Source: Eledone cirrhosa (lineage: Eukaryota). From it: DNA of 64,000 nt. Positions 11,200 to 25,319 of the stretch are shown piece by piece (within the stretch, counting starts at the first letter, position 1; the number at the start of each line of letters is the position of its first letter). The position numbers and the translations under genes were made by a program. The DNA lies in contig OZ024742.1 of the NCBI GenBank assembly GCA_964016885.1, positions 301,878,001-301,942,000 of the forward strand, read 5' to 3'. A model generated the notes under the pieces. It was given only the letters and a program-made list of their open reading frames with translations, ran no database searches and was not told the DNA's origin.

Positions 11200-14100
11200 G
11201 GTTTAACACCATCTGTTCCTTGGGTATCTTTTATAGAATTGTGTGGTAGATTTAGTCCATCACCTGGTTTAACACCATCTGTTCCTTGGGTATCTTTTAT
11301 AGAATTGTGTGGTAGATTTAGTCCATCACCTGGTTTAACACCATCTGTTCCTTGGGTATCTTTTATAGAATTGTGTGGTAGATTTAGTCCATCACCTGGT
11401 TTAACACCATCTGTTCCTTGGGTATCTTTTATAGAATTGTGTGGTAGATTTAGTCCATCACCTGGTTTAACACCATCTGTTCCTTGGGTATCTTTTATAG
11501 AATTGTGTGGTAGATTTAGTCCATCACCTGGTTTAACACCATCTGTTCCTTGGGTACCTTTTATAGAATTGTGTGGTAGATTTAGTCCATCACCTGGTTT
11601 AACACCATCTGTTCCTTGGGTACCTTTTATAGAATTGTGTGGTAGATTTAGTCCATCACCTGGTTTAACACCATCTGTTCCTTGGGTACCTTTTATAGAA
11701 TTGTGTGGTAGATTTAGTCCATCACCTGGTTTAACACCATCTGTTCCTTGGGTATCTTTTATAGAATTGTGTGGTAGATTTAGTCCATCACCTGGTTTAA
11801 CACCATCTGTTCCTTGGGTACCTTTTATAGAATTGTGTGGTAGATTTAGTCCATCACCTGGTTTAACACCATCTGTTCCTTGGGTATCTTTTATAGAATT
11901 GTGTGGTAGATTTAGTCCATCACCTGGTTTAACACCATCTGTTCCTTGGGTACCTTTTATAGAATTGTGTGGTAGATTTAGTCCATCACCTGATTTAACA
12001 CCATCTCCTGTTCCTTGGGTACCTTTTATAGAATTGTGTGGTAGATTTAGTCCATCACCTGGTTTAACACCATCTGTTCCTTGGGTACCTTTTATAGAAT
12101 TGTGTGGTAGATTTAGTCCATCACCTGATTTAACACCATCTGTTCCTTGGGTACCTTTTATAGAATTGTGTGGTAGATTTAGTCCATCACCTGGTTTAAC
12201 ACCATCTGTTCCTTGGGTATCTTTTATAGAATTGTGTGGTAGATTTAGTCCATCACCTGGTTTAACACCATCTGTTCCTTGGGTACCTTTTATAGAATTG
12301 TGTGGTAGATTTAGTCCATCACCTGGTTTAACACCATCTGTTCCTTGGGTATCTTTTATAGAATTGTGTGGTAGATTTAGTCCATCACCTGGTTTAACAC
12401 CATCTGTTCCTTGGGTATCTTTTATAGAATTGTGTGGTAGATTTAGTCCATCACCTGGTTTAACACCATCTGTTCCTTGGGTACCTTTTATAGAATTGTG
12501 TGGTAGATTTAGTCCATCACCTGGTTTAACACCATCTGTTCCTTGGGTATCTTTTATAGAATTGTGTGGTAGATTTAGTCCATCACCTGGTTTAACACCA
12601 TCTGTTCCTTGGGTACCTTTTATAGAATTGTGTGGTAGATTTAGTCCATCACCTGATTTAACACCATCTCCTGTTCCTTGGGTACCTTTTATAGAATTGT
12701 GTGGTAGATTTAGTCCATCACCTGGTTTAACACCATCTGTTCCTTGGGTACCTTTTATAGAATTGTGTGGTAGATTTAGTCCATCACCTGATTTAACACC
12801 ATCTGTTCCTTGGGTACCTTTTATAGAATTGTGTGGTAGATTTAGTCCATCACCTGGTTTAACACCATCTGTTCCTTGGGTACCTTTTATAGAATTGTGT
12901 GGTAGATTTAATCCATCACCTGGTTTAACACCATCTGTTCCTTGGGTACCTTTTATAGAATTGTGTGGTAGATTTAGTCCATCACCTGGTTTAACACCAT
13001 CTGTTCCTTGGGTACCTTTTATAGAATTGTGTGGTAGATTTAGTCCATCACCTGGTTTAACACCATCTGTTCCTTGGGTATCTTTTATAGAATTGTGTGG
13101 TAGATTTAGTCCATCACCTGGTTTAACACCATCTGTTCCTTGGGTACCTTTTATAGAATTGTGTGGTAGATTTAATCCATCACCTGGTTTAACACCATCT
13201 GTTCCTTGGGTACCTTTTATAGAATTGTGTGGTAGATTTAGTCCATCACCTGGTTTAACACCATCTGTTCCTTGGGTACCTTTTATAGAATTGTGTGGTA
13301 GATTTAGTCCATCACCTGGTTTAACACCATCTGTTCCTTGGGTACCTTTTATAGAATTGTGTGGTAGATTTAGTCCATCACCTGGTTTAACACCATCTGT
13401 TCCTTGGGTACCTTTTATAGAATTGTGTGGTAGATTTAGTCCATCACCTGGTTTAACACCATCTGTTCCTTGGGTACCTTTTATAGAATTGTGTGGTAGA
13501 TTTAGTCCATCACCTGGTTTAACACCATCTGTTCCTTGGGTATCTTTTATAGAATTGTGTGGTAGATTTAGTCCATCACCTGGTTTAACACCATCTGTTC
13601 CTTGGGTACCTTTTATAGAATTGTGTGGTAGATTTAGTCCATCACCTGGTTTAACACCATCTGTTCCTTGGGTATCTTTTATAGAATTGTGTGGTAGATT
13701 TAGTCCATCACCTGGTTTAACACCATCTGTTCCTTGGGTACCTTTTATAGAATTGTGTGGTAGATTTAGTCCATCACCTGGTTTAACACCATCTGTTCCT
13801 TGGGTACCTTTTATAGAATTGTGTGGTAGATTTAATCCATCACCTAATTTAACACCATCTCCTGTTCCTTGGGTACCTTTTATAGAATTGTGTGGTAGAT
13901 TTAGTCCATCACCTGGTTTAACACCATCTGTTCCTTGGGTACCTTTTATAGAATTGTGTGGTAGATTTAATCCATCACCTGGTTTAACACCATCTGTTCC
14001 TTGGGTACCTTTTATAGAATTGTGTGGTAGATTTAGTCCATCACCTGGTTTAACACCATCTGTTCCTTGGGTACCTTTTATAGAATTGTGTGGTAGATTT

Positions 14101-14390
14101 AATCCATCACCTGATTTAACACCATCTCCTGTTCCTTGGGTACCTTTTATAGAATTGTGTGGTAGATTTAGTCCATCACCTGGTTTAACACCATCTGTTC
14201 CTTGGGTACCTTTTATAGAATTGTGTGGTAGATTTAATTCATCACATGGTTTAACATCACCACCTATTACTTGGGTACCTTTAGCAAAGTTGGTTAGTGT
14301 CCTGGGTACTTGTAGCAGAATTGGGTGGTAGATTTAATCCCTCATCTGATTTAACACCACCATCTGGCCCCTGGGTACCTTTAGTTATTG
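11200..14390. repeat. 66-bp minisatellite, ~46 near-identical copies plus degenerate flanking copies
   Basis: Unit ggtttaacaccatctgttccttgggta(c/t)cttttatagaattgtgtggtagattta(g/a)tccatcacct; four 69-bp variants carry an extra CCT. Confidence 0.98.
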
Positions 14391-15729
14391 AACCAGGAAT
14401 CCAGTATGAAGATACAACCGCTACCCATACTCCTGTTTTGGGGGCCCTGGAAAAATATAAGGTCATAAGAACTGATCTTTCCTTCCTGAGCAAATTGTTA
14501 AAAAAATTAAAAAATTTGCAAAATATATTTCCTTCTGATTTTCGTTTCTTTATTTTTTTTACATATTTTTCTGTATCATTTCCCCTCCATCCAAGTAATG
14601 GTGTATATCTATATATTTATAGTTGCCTCCTCATACCAAGAATATATATATTTATAGTTGCCTCCTCATACCAAGAGTGTTCTTCAATTGTCCCAACCTC
14701 ACACATAATGTATTTCTTGCAGCTTTCTGCTTAGGGGCTTTTTAGTTTTTTCATTTTTATCTTCCAGTGCTAACTTTCAACTACATTCCATTTCATTTGA
14801 TTAAACTAATATTTAAAACTGTATTTTATTTAATTTTGTTAAACTGATATTTTGAACTATATTCTACATTATTCTGTAAAACTAATATTCTTGCTATCGC
14901 CTACGATTATGCTGCAAGCGTCTTGGCTTGCCTCAAAAAGTATAAGAAGGAAACTCCGGCACCCCTTGTGGTGTGTGACCGATTGACACAGTGTTAAATT
15001 AATATTTCTTTCTGATCTGATTCTATATTTTTATGTGAAATATTTATGTAATTAAGTAATGAAACAAATGTATATATATTTACATTAAATGATTTCTTTT
15101 ATAAATTATATTCTTTATAAATCTTACATTCTACTAAATATGTCAACCAATATTTAGAACTACATTCTACTTTATTCTGTTAAACTAATAGTTAAAGCAC
15201 AACTCCCATGAGTTTCAGAAACATTTTTTCACACTCAGTTGCTGAAGCATGGAACAACCTACCTGCATGAGTTGTTAGCTGTCAGGACACTGCATCCTTC
15301 AAAACTTTCATGCTTCCCGAAATTCGCCAACACTACACCTGATATGCCCCCTCCATACACACGCATGCATGTGTGTGTGTCTGTGTATATATCATGACAC
15401 ATACACTGTTCACTTTCCTGACATTTGTACATTATTCTACGTACTATACCTGCAGCTTTGATGAGTTGTAGTGCTCCTGAGCACTGTACACAATAATTTC
15501 TATTATCTTATCTAACTACATTTTACTTTATTCTGTTAAACTAATAGTTAGAACTATATTCTACATCATTTGGTTAAACTTATATTTAAAATTATACAGA
15601 AAAAGAAGATCAAATCGTATTCTATCTTGGTTTTGTTCTCTTTCAATGTTGTAATGTATTTTAAAATGTTTATTTATAAAAGTTTAGGTAATAACTGATA
15701 AAGATAATGATGGAAAAGAGAATAGTGTT

Positions 15730-15947
15730 TTAACCCTTTAGCATTTATATTATTCTATATTTACTATTGTATTTTCATGGTAAATACTTTATTTCATATA
15801 ATTATCTCATATAATATCAAATCTATGAGATGTTGATATTATTTATTTTGAGAACAATACTTTAACATAAGTATGAGTGGTCAGTTATGGCCCGTTTGAA
15901 CTGAAAGAGGTGGCCGGATATAGCCAGTTTAAATGTTAAAGGATTAA
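15730..15947 (+). mobile_element. piggyBac-like MITE family 1
   Basis: TTAA-CCCTTTAGCATTT...TTAA with the family body. Confidence 0.8.
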
Positions 15948-16059
15948 GTATGAATGGAAAATTCAAATTACATTTTTGTCCTTTGTCCTCCTATCAAGAT
16001 TTTTAATTAAAACTGTAAATATGGAAATTGTTTCTTTGTTTTATTTTACCATTTGTTAC

Positions 16060-16343
16060 CTGTTTTAAAACATTTCTCCTTGAGGCAATGTGACTTTCCT
16101 GCTGCCCATAACACAGAGAAGTGTAAGATATCCCCCCCAAAAAACACAACTTAAATGCCACTTCCTTTTTCTGCCAGTATCTGTCAAGACCTCCTCTGTC
16201 TTTAGTCCTTGGATGGCCATTTTCCTGTGCAAAATCAGAAGGAATGCATCCCACCTGAGGAAATACCCCCATGAGGTGTAATTGGCTGGTGCAGTGGATG
16301 TTACTGGCTATTCTCTGTGGTAATGCCTTTGCCATCTTGTCCA
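16060..16343 (-). other. Candidate exon of an antisense transcript, with an open frame from aagATGg at 16335
   Basis: Acceptor ctctatacag and donor CAG|gtaaca. Higher GC than the flanks; 92 open codons MAKALPQR...VLKQ; no recognisable domain. Confidence 0.35.
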
Positions 16344-16922
16344 CTGTATAGAGTATAGAGTTTTCCCCCTCCCTTCCTTCTTTACATTTTTTTCATTCAT
16401 TTTTTTTCTCTCCATTGACCTTTTTTCTCCCTTCCCCCTTATTATTTTAATCTTTTTAAAAAATATTTTCCTCTTGCATACTTCTATTCAACAATAAATC
16501 AATTTTTCATACAAGGATTAAAGAGGATATAAAACATATTTGTTAAGTTTCTACCAAATCTTAGTTTAATCAGTTCCTTATTTTAATCCTCTTACAAAAA
16601 CAATGTAAACAACTCAGTTTTACAATTTCCAGTCAAAATACCATTGATTATAAAATTGGGTTTGGAATTTAAACAATTTCAGTACATTCCAGTAGTCTTC
16701 AGTGGAATCAGTTTTTGTTAAAGGCAGATATTTTAACCAAGGTTAATTTCTCAAGGTTTTTAAAAGAAAAAAATACAGTTCAAATTAAGAATTGATAAAA
16801 CTGGAATATTTTTATAAACTAAAACTGGAAACATGACTTAAGATAATAATCTGTTGTCCTATTGACTTAATCTCATGGTTATATATATATGATAGATGTC
16901 ATTATAGAAGTAAATATTTTAC

Positions 16923-17078
16923 CTGAAAGATGTGATTAATAAGTCCTCCAAATCTTCAGCTTTGTTTCAAACTGGACCAACCATGCCGTTGTTACCAATG
17001 TTGATTCAACAAGGTTCAAATATATCACCACCATGTTGTATTCTGTTATTTATCAAGACAGATTAGGAGATGTGAGAT
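16923..17078 (-). other. Candidate non-coding (5' UTR or lncRNA) exon of an antisense transcript
   Basis: Acceptor gtttctgttgtcttcttcag and donor CAG|gtaaaa bound non-repetitive sequence; stops in all three frames. Confidence 0.35.
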
Positions 17079-17159
17079 CTGAAGAAGACAACAGAAACAC
17101 AATATTAAATCTAGGAGACAATAAGCTTAGTAAACAAATCAACTAATAAGCGATAAAAC

Positions 17160-17345
17160 AGCCAATAACATATAAAACAGCTAATAACTGATATAACTAT
17201 TAACTGATATATCAGATAGAGCAACTAACAACAGATAAAACAGCTAATAACAGATAAAACAGCTAATAACAGATAAAACGGCTAATAACAGATACAACAG
17301 CTAATAACAGATACAACAGCTAACAAGAGATAGAACAGCTAACAA
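17160..17345. repeat. 19-bp minisatellite (acagataaaacagctaata)n
   Basis: About 9 tandem copies. Confidence 0.85.
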
Positions 17346-20300
17346 TTAATAATTTGTCTCAAACATTTAGAGCTAGAAATATGAAGTGATTATTATTTGT
17401 TACTTCACATCATCATCCTCGTCGTTTGTTATATTTCCTGTGCTTGCATGGGTCAGACGGGTCATCCACACTATGAGGCAAGTCTGACCATTTGGCTGTG
17501 CCATACCTTGCTCAAACAGGTCTATATTTTGGCTGTTTTTTTTTTACAGTTGGATGCACTTCCTAACACCAACCACGTTGACAGTGTGGAACTGGGTGGT
17601 CCCGTTATGAGAGGAGTCTTGCCAGTCGAGCGTGCCTTTCCCTGCTCATAAATGGATCTGTAATAGGGAGCTGAGGTGGACCTGTAATGGGATAGGTCTC
17701 GCTAGTTCGCTGTGTCGGACATTGCTCACAACGGGACTTCGATATTAACTTTTTTTTTTCTAAACTGAAATCTTTTTTTTAAGATGGTACGGTGTGATTT
17801 GAGGAAGATTTTGACTGTGATGAATTAGCAGATTTTTTAGGGCATCATTCAGATCCTGGCAAGGTCAACTTTGCTTTTTATCTGTTCAAGGTTGCTAAAT
17901 TGCAGTGAATTAGTATAATTAATAAAGTATTGGACAGGATGCTATGCAATGTTCCAGCTCTGTGCTTCCTGACTTACAATCCTGTCTCTGCCAGATTTGT
18001 CATTCTGTTGGCATATTGAAGAATATTGGATTATTGATTTGAATATATTCCAGATATGGCAATGAACACAATATATTTTCACATTTATGTACTTGATTCA
18101 ATTAAATGTATGTAGATTTAGATTCAATCAGAAGTACATAAATACTTGCATTGTTTTAATTCTTTTATAATATAGATTTATTTTTATCATGATCTAAAAC
18201 ATTGTTTTGGTTCTAAATATCAAAGAGTTGGTTAAATTCTTGGAAGATGTAGGAATCCCAAATGCAGAAAATAAATGTAGCCAGAGTCGATTGCTATAAA
18301 CAATAGCTTTGAAAATCAGGTAAAGTGCACCTATAGATGGAAAAAAGTGGCCAGCAGCTACTATGAAGAATCAAACTCTGTACCTCTCAAATTGTGGCTA
18401 TCATCTAACAGCCAATTCTGAATGAATTAGAAGCTTTATAAAGTATCAAAGAGCTTCCAGCACTAGAATCCATGACAAAGAATTGAGAGGACCCTTCAGT
18501 AATGACACAGCAACCTCTCTAGTACTGGTGCCTTGAAAAATATATCTAGTACACCATGTAAAGTGGTTGGTAATAAGAAGGGCTTTCAGCTATAAAAAGC
18601 ATGCTAAAAAAGGGTTGAGAGGACTCCTCAGTTGTGTCAAGGGCATGACAACCTCCCTAGGGTGGTGATACGATAAAATGCACCCAATATATTCTGTAGA
18701 GTACTGGAATGTATATGAGATGCAACCCCTGGCCTATCTTTCTTTAGCTCTGTGCATTAAGTTTTGTTTCCTTTTGAGTTCTTAGACATATATGAGGAAT
18801 ATACCAGGAATAATTACATGGTGAAGAAAAATATTAGTCAATCACAAATATTGTTTTAATTTTTCTGGTAAGTATCAACGACAACTCCAGACATGTTTCA
18901 GTCTTATTCTGATTTCTACTAACAGTAATGACTTTACTTTGTTGACATACTTGTAGTCTGCTATCTGTTGCTCTGACAGCTTAATGTTAAATTAAAGAGA
19001 TTATAATAATAAACTGATTTTGTTGACAATAAGGATTAACTTCTGTTTATCTATTTTGTTACATGTAACCTAGTGACTCTCTAATCTTTCAGATACTTAG
19101 TTATCTAGAATTTCCTGATCTAAATATTTCTTTAAGAATGTTTTCAGATATGTTATTTCATATGTATATTAATGTATATAAAATTAAATAGTAGAACTAG
19201 GATAATGACCCTTATTTACACAAAAAAAATGGTAAAACCTGGAAGCTGGTGTTAACAATCAATCCATGAAAGAGTTTATAGAAAAGTTTGATAAGTTTAA
19301 TTATTGTGAGCAATGATGAATATAAGGTTTCAGACTCTTGTCCTTCATCTGAGAGTGAGGAGGAGAATGAAAGTATTGTAGTTTTGGTTGTAGGCTAGTA
19401 ATATTTGCTGTATACTTCTTATTTGTTATTTAGTCCCAGGGCAACTCTGATCCAAAAGACATATCTTCAATGATATTCTGTCATAATCGTACTACCTTTT
19501 ATTCAGACATAACATTTCTTGGACATCGTCAACTTCACCATTTAATATCTATTTTCTATGTTTATGTGGGTTAAAAACATTAACGAAATGAGTCCTTTCT
19601 TTTTAACACAGTAGGGTGTGACTTGAGGGAGGTTTGGCTATTTTCATGCTGATGACACAACTGATGCATCCTCCTGGCTCTTTTTGGAATATTTTTTACT
19701 GCTGGATGCCTTTCTTACTATGTCTAAAAAAATAAAATAGAATAAAGGAAGGTGGCTATAGCTGGAAAGCATTTGACCATAGGTCTGCTCAAGGTTTAAT
19801 AAAGGATAAAATCCCATAACTCCTTGTGGAGCTTTAAAGGCACCATCATACAGTGTGTCTAGGGCACATTTAAACCTGGCGGAGCCCAATCCTCTCCAGG
19901 TCTGAACACAGCTGATTTTTCTATAGAGGAAGAATCAACCCCAGTACTGGACTGGTACTTTTTTTATCGACGTCGAAAGGATGAAAGGCAAAGTTGACCT
20001 CGGCAGGATTTGAACTCAGAGCATGCAATGAGGTGGGATGAATGCCATAAAGCACGCTATTCGACGTCTTAACGACTCTGCCAATTCGCCACCTAGGGTT
20101 TACATGAGGCTAAACAACAACTACATAACATTCCATTTGTTGGCTCATCTAGGTTTTTAATTAATGATTCTTGTGATGGCTGTAATTTAACTTACCTGTT
20201 CTAAACAACACTGTCATGTCAAAGATAGAATCATCATCATCTCCAGACACATTACCTGTATAGATTTACTGTACTTTAAAGATTACTACCTGAGATGTCT

Positions 20301-20599
20301 GTATATAATTAAGCAGTTAATCAATGACAGTGGCTACTACACACTGTTAATGTCCTAAATACATGTCTAGGATGGACAATTTCGCTTCACAAATGCCAAA
20401 ATAGACTCGGCTATAGTTAGACACATTTTATTTTATCATTATCATTCTTCTATTCTTTTACTGCTTTCGGTCATTGCACTGTTGCCATACTGGGGCACCT
20501 GCTGCTTTTACTACTAACAAGCACTGAGATCTGCCACATACAAAGTCTGCCTCAATCCCATTATATCTCTTGTGTATTTATATTTTACATTAGTTTCGC

Positions 20600-21310
20600 T
20601 AAATGGAATTTCTACCTACACCTTTTCTGCATATTGAACACAGCCACTTCCTTGATGGTAACAGGGTCTTGTCTTCTTTTCTACTTACTAAAACTTTACT
20701 ATTTACTAAATTTACTCTGAATTCTTTAGATTCTAGGTTGTATTTCCATGTCTAGAATCTCTTCTTTGGAGCTTCCACCGATTCGTATATAAGAACTAGG
20801 TCATTAACATACAGGAATTTCCATGGACAACTGATCTTAAATTCTTTAGTAATGGCCTGGAAAATCATGACAAACCAGAGGATTCTGATGACTGAGCCTT
20901 GATGTACACTAAATTTTTCACTGAACTCATTATCAACTTTTATTTTACTGATGGTATCTCTATACAGGGCTTACACTTTTCTCACAAGACATTCCTCTAT
21001 GTCTAGTTTTCTTAAAAGTCCCTAAACTAAAGAGCATGGTACTCTGTCAAAGACCTTTCTCAAATCAACAAATGCTAGATATAGTGGCTTAGTCTTGCAG
21101 TTGTTTCTCCAAGAAAAGGTCATCAGGTGCACTCCATTCTAGTACAAATCTAAACTGCATTTCATTAAATCTAATGTTCACGATAGTCAGTTGTGTTAAA
21201 ACATGCTACTTTCATAACTTGTTCTATTAATTTGCTGACCCTGTCATTGCTCCTTTCCAGGGTATCATTTTAACCTTTGTAGTAATTAATGATTATACTG
21301 CTACACCATT
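20600..21310 (-). mobile_element. Degenerate RTE-clade RT fragment
   Basis: Frameshifted NEMQF.F..., AFVDL.K.FDRVP and VHQGSV motifs on the minus strand. Confidence 0.7.
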
Positions 21311-24300
21311 CATTAACCATTTCAACCCCTGTAGTACCATATATAAGCCAATTCCCCTATTTTATGTCTAAGAAATGGACAAAAATCCAAGCCCCATTTA
21401 TAAGCCAAGGCAGCTAATCAATATATTATGTTTAGATGGTAATTAATTATTGTACTTCTATACCATCCATTGATTGTTTTAGCCCCTGTAGCAATTAATG
21501 ATTAGAATACTAATCTATTCATTGGGTATGACCCATCACGTAATACTTGCTTGACTATGCCAGTGACTAACATGATTGTGGTGGTGATAACGTGGCAAGC
21601 TTCTGCACAGTTTCTGTCTATAAAATACTACCGACAAGGTTTTAGTCAATTTGAGGCCACAGGAGAAGACACTTTCCCAAAGTGCAGCATAGTTGAATCA
21701 AACCTGAAACCTTGTGGTTGTGAAGTGAAGTTGTTAACCATATGGATCTGCCTTCACCTGTTATTATTGATTAATTTCTCTATTTATTTACTGTGTGGAT
21801 AATCAAGGATATTTCTTACTAGTGGAAAAGGTGTCTGTTGTTTTACTAATCAACTACCAATTGTATTTAAGAAATACCTAGCCTAGTTATAGAGGTGGAA
21901 ATTGACTTGAATAGATGTGTTATCATCATCAAACGTCAACTTTCTACACAGGTATGGGTTGTTCGAGTTGTCACAGTCTGAGACTAGATGGGTTAGATTG
22001 CCCCCCCCCCCTGCAAATATGTTCTATATTTTCCATGGTTACTATGGCTCAATGTCCTTCCTAATGCCAACCACCTTACAGGATGTATTGAGTGCATATT
22101 TTTGTGGCATCACAACTTTGACATTAAAGGGTATATTGGGGGCACATTTTATTATGGTACCAACACTAGAGAAGTTGTTACATGATCATCCAAACTGAAG
22201 GATCCTCTTTGACCAGTCTCTTATCCTGTTTGCCAGACATAAAGCTGTTATTGAGACAGCAGACTTTAGAGACAAAACTGTTAATTGAGTGTATGTAATT
22301 GAGTGGCTTTGAATCTACAGGTGGACTAAATGGTTTAGAGTTTGGTGCCAAAGCACTTATCAAACTTCACAAACTTTTAGGCACAAGATTCTGGGTTATT
22401 GAGTCATTTCTGTATTTTCACATTCTATTCTTCTTCTTATTCTACTTCTTCTTCTTCTCTTTCGCTCTCTCATGTGCACCACGCATCTATTTCTATTTCT
22501 AAACATATAAAATAGTAAATACTATATGCATTTCTTTAAAGATGTGTAGGTTCCTGAGTTCATGCAAACATATTCTTAGCCATCTTTCTATAAAGACATT
22601 TATACCAGCCAGTAGAGGAAAGGTGAAGGATAATTATCAGTTGTTGAAGTTATAAGGTAACATTATAATATGATAGACTGAAGTCTGGTCAGAAGATATA
22701 AGTGGTATTTTGGCTTCATTACCACCCACACCAAGCTGTAGAAGTAAGAAGAATCTATAATTATTTCTATTTTTAAGACTCCGTTGGTTGATTGTTTATT
22801 GTTTATTTTTATCTTTAAATTTCTGCTAACTCAATGTGGCTTGTATGTTGTAACTGTTTTGAGTAATTTACTTGTTTGTATCCTCCCCTTTCTTTCTGTA
22901 CCCTCTCCTCATATGGGTCTCTCCTTATTCTCCTCTCCATGCTCCACTTGTTGTTATCTTGTCACCCCAACAACCAACACATACCCCCATCATACATCTA
23001 TGTCCAACATAATCCCCCCTCTCTCCTCACTATTGATCACACTGTCTTAGAACAGGGCACTTTCTCTCTAGCCACCATACCCCCTTCACTTTTGATTATG
23101 CTTGCCTTGGAGCAAGAAGACCTTTCTAGTTTGGCTCCACTCAATACACCCTGTAAAGGGGTTGGGATTCAAATAGCAACAACATAGGACTTGACAACCT
23201 CTCTATTGCTGACACCATGATGAAATGCACCCAGCAGACTCTGTAAAGTGGTTGGTATGAAGCAGAACATCTAGTCATAGACTCTATACCAAAATAAGGT
23301 AAAGAGGACTTATCTGTCACACCAAGGACTAGACAACCTCTTCACACATGACTATAATAGTAGTCAATCTCTGTAAATAATAGTTGAGTAAATCAGATAA
23401 AACACTCCTCAGATACTATTATTATTTATAGAATCAATTATTATTATTATTATAGTCATTTGTGTTGGGACAACTACATTTCAAGTTTTTAAAATTGAGT
23501 TAAAACAGGATGAGTAGTAGCTTTGACCTTTTATCAGAGTTACTGTAACTTTGAATTGTTATCAGAGTCTCTGAGAAGAAAGAAGGAAGTGGTAAGAAAC
23601 TCTCAGGAGAGCTGGACAGCAGAAGGTCTTCAGAGAAGAAACCTCACTAAAGCGAGTGTTTTGGCCCTTAACTTCTAATAGCCAAAAAATACAATACAAT
23701 GATGGTATACTAATGATATGATTGGAAAAAATTAACTTTTCAGTTACATCAGAAAATGGAATGAAAGAAAGAGGAGAGGATGTTTTAGAGAAAGAAGAAA
23801 AAGGAAGATGAGTGTGAAAACAAAAACTACAACAAACAAATAAGAAAAAGGGTAAATAGGAGAGAACTGATGTATTACTGTTATTCCTTTATTCCTTTAT
23901 TCATTTCTTCCATGTTTTAAGAGAGTAGGGAGTATGGTTTGTGTTGGCTTCTGATTTTAACAGGTTCAACAACCACATACAGGTTCCCTCATTGGTCATA
24001 ATAGTCTCCCAGACATGTAAAGTTAATGTGGTTTATATTCATCTAGAACAAGAGGTTCTCAGAGTGCTACCGTTTCTTGTATCTTTTTTCTTTCAACATC
24101 TTCCCCTTCCATAATGGGTAGATCACAACATTGGAAATCTATATGTAAGAACATTAGAGTATATATAATAAACCAAATATGGAATGTGTGAGCAAGGCAG
24201 GTCACTCTGACCTGTCTGGGAGAGTGACAACTAGTCAAAACATGCCAATATGGAAAGTAGACATAAAAATGATAGAATGCACCAAGTACATCCTGTAAAG

Positions 24301-24871
24301 TGTTAGTGGTAGTACCACAAAACAACACACCTAATACAATTTGTAAGGTAGTTTGTTAGAAAAGGCATCCAGTTATATAAGCCATGTCAAATATGGAACA
24401 TAATGAGAATAGTAGGTTGCTCCAACCCATGTCAGTTGGGAAAGCTGATATAAAATGATGATGGTGACTATGTAGTCAACAAAAATGTATGTGTATATAT
24501 GTGTGTGTGTGTGTGTGTGTGTCTGTGTGTGTGTGATTGGCTGATGAGCATGATAAATATAAACCTCGTGATGGAAAGATGATTAAGAATATTAGAATAC
24601 GTAAAATATTTTATTTATTGCTTGCAAATAAAATTCTTTCATTTCTATATGTATGGGTATTTCTGACTAATCAATTAGAGCTTGTCAATACCTAAATAGA
24701 CAAGTCTATTTTTATTTCTCTTACAAATAGAATTTTTAAATGGTTTTAAAACACTTTAAAAAATATATATGTATTATCATTTTCAAAAGTAAAAATATAC
24801 ATCATAAAATCTAAATTTGAATTTATAAAATTTACCTAACCTTCAGTGGTGGGCTGCTTCCATTGCTTAGT

Positions 24872-25047
24872 TTAACCCTTTAGCATTTACATTACTCACA
24901 TAATATCAAATCTATGAAATTTTAATATTATTTATTTTGAGAACAATACCTTAACATCAGTTTGAGTGGCCAGTTACAGTTGGTTTAAACAGAAAGAGGT
25001 GAGAGAATTCTGGCTGGATACAACCAGTTTAAATGCTAAAGGGTTAA
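24872..25047 (+). mobile_element. piggyBac-like MITE family 1, internally deleted
   Basis: Both TIRs and TTAA present; ~50 bp of the body is missing. Confidence 0.8.
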
Positions 25048-25319
25048 TAGCATCACTAGATACTTGGGTGTCTTTAGTGGAGTACAATGTCTTTAATGGA
25101 GTACAGTGCATTACTAACATTTGGAGCCGGTCTTCAGTTTAATAACCCCCTTTTCCCCCTACTAGTACTGTAGCTACTGTAAAAACAAAAAAAGTATTGG
25201 TAGTGTCAGTACTACTTATCCTTTTCTGACTCATTTATTAAAAACGCCACTAAATAAAAACGTAGAAAAATATTTGATTAAAATTTTAATAATGCTATGT
25301 TGTTTTTTGAGGCGGGGAT

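Noticed and set aside
11194-14331. 1045-aa + strand ORF as an annotated CDS
   Set aside because: Pure 66-bp tandem repeat with a GTG start and no non-repetitive coding flanks; openness can follow from one stop-free 3n unit. Kept only as a finding.
18885-18925. Minus-strand GAAACATGTC hammerhead half
   Set aside because: No recognisable CUGANGA or compensatory variant upstream.
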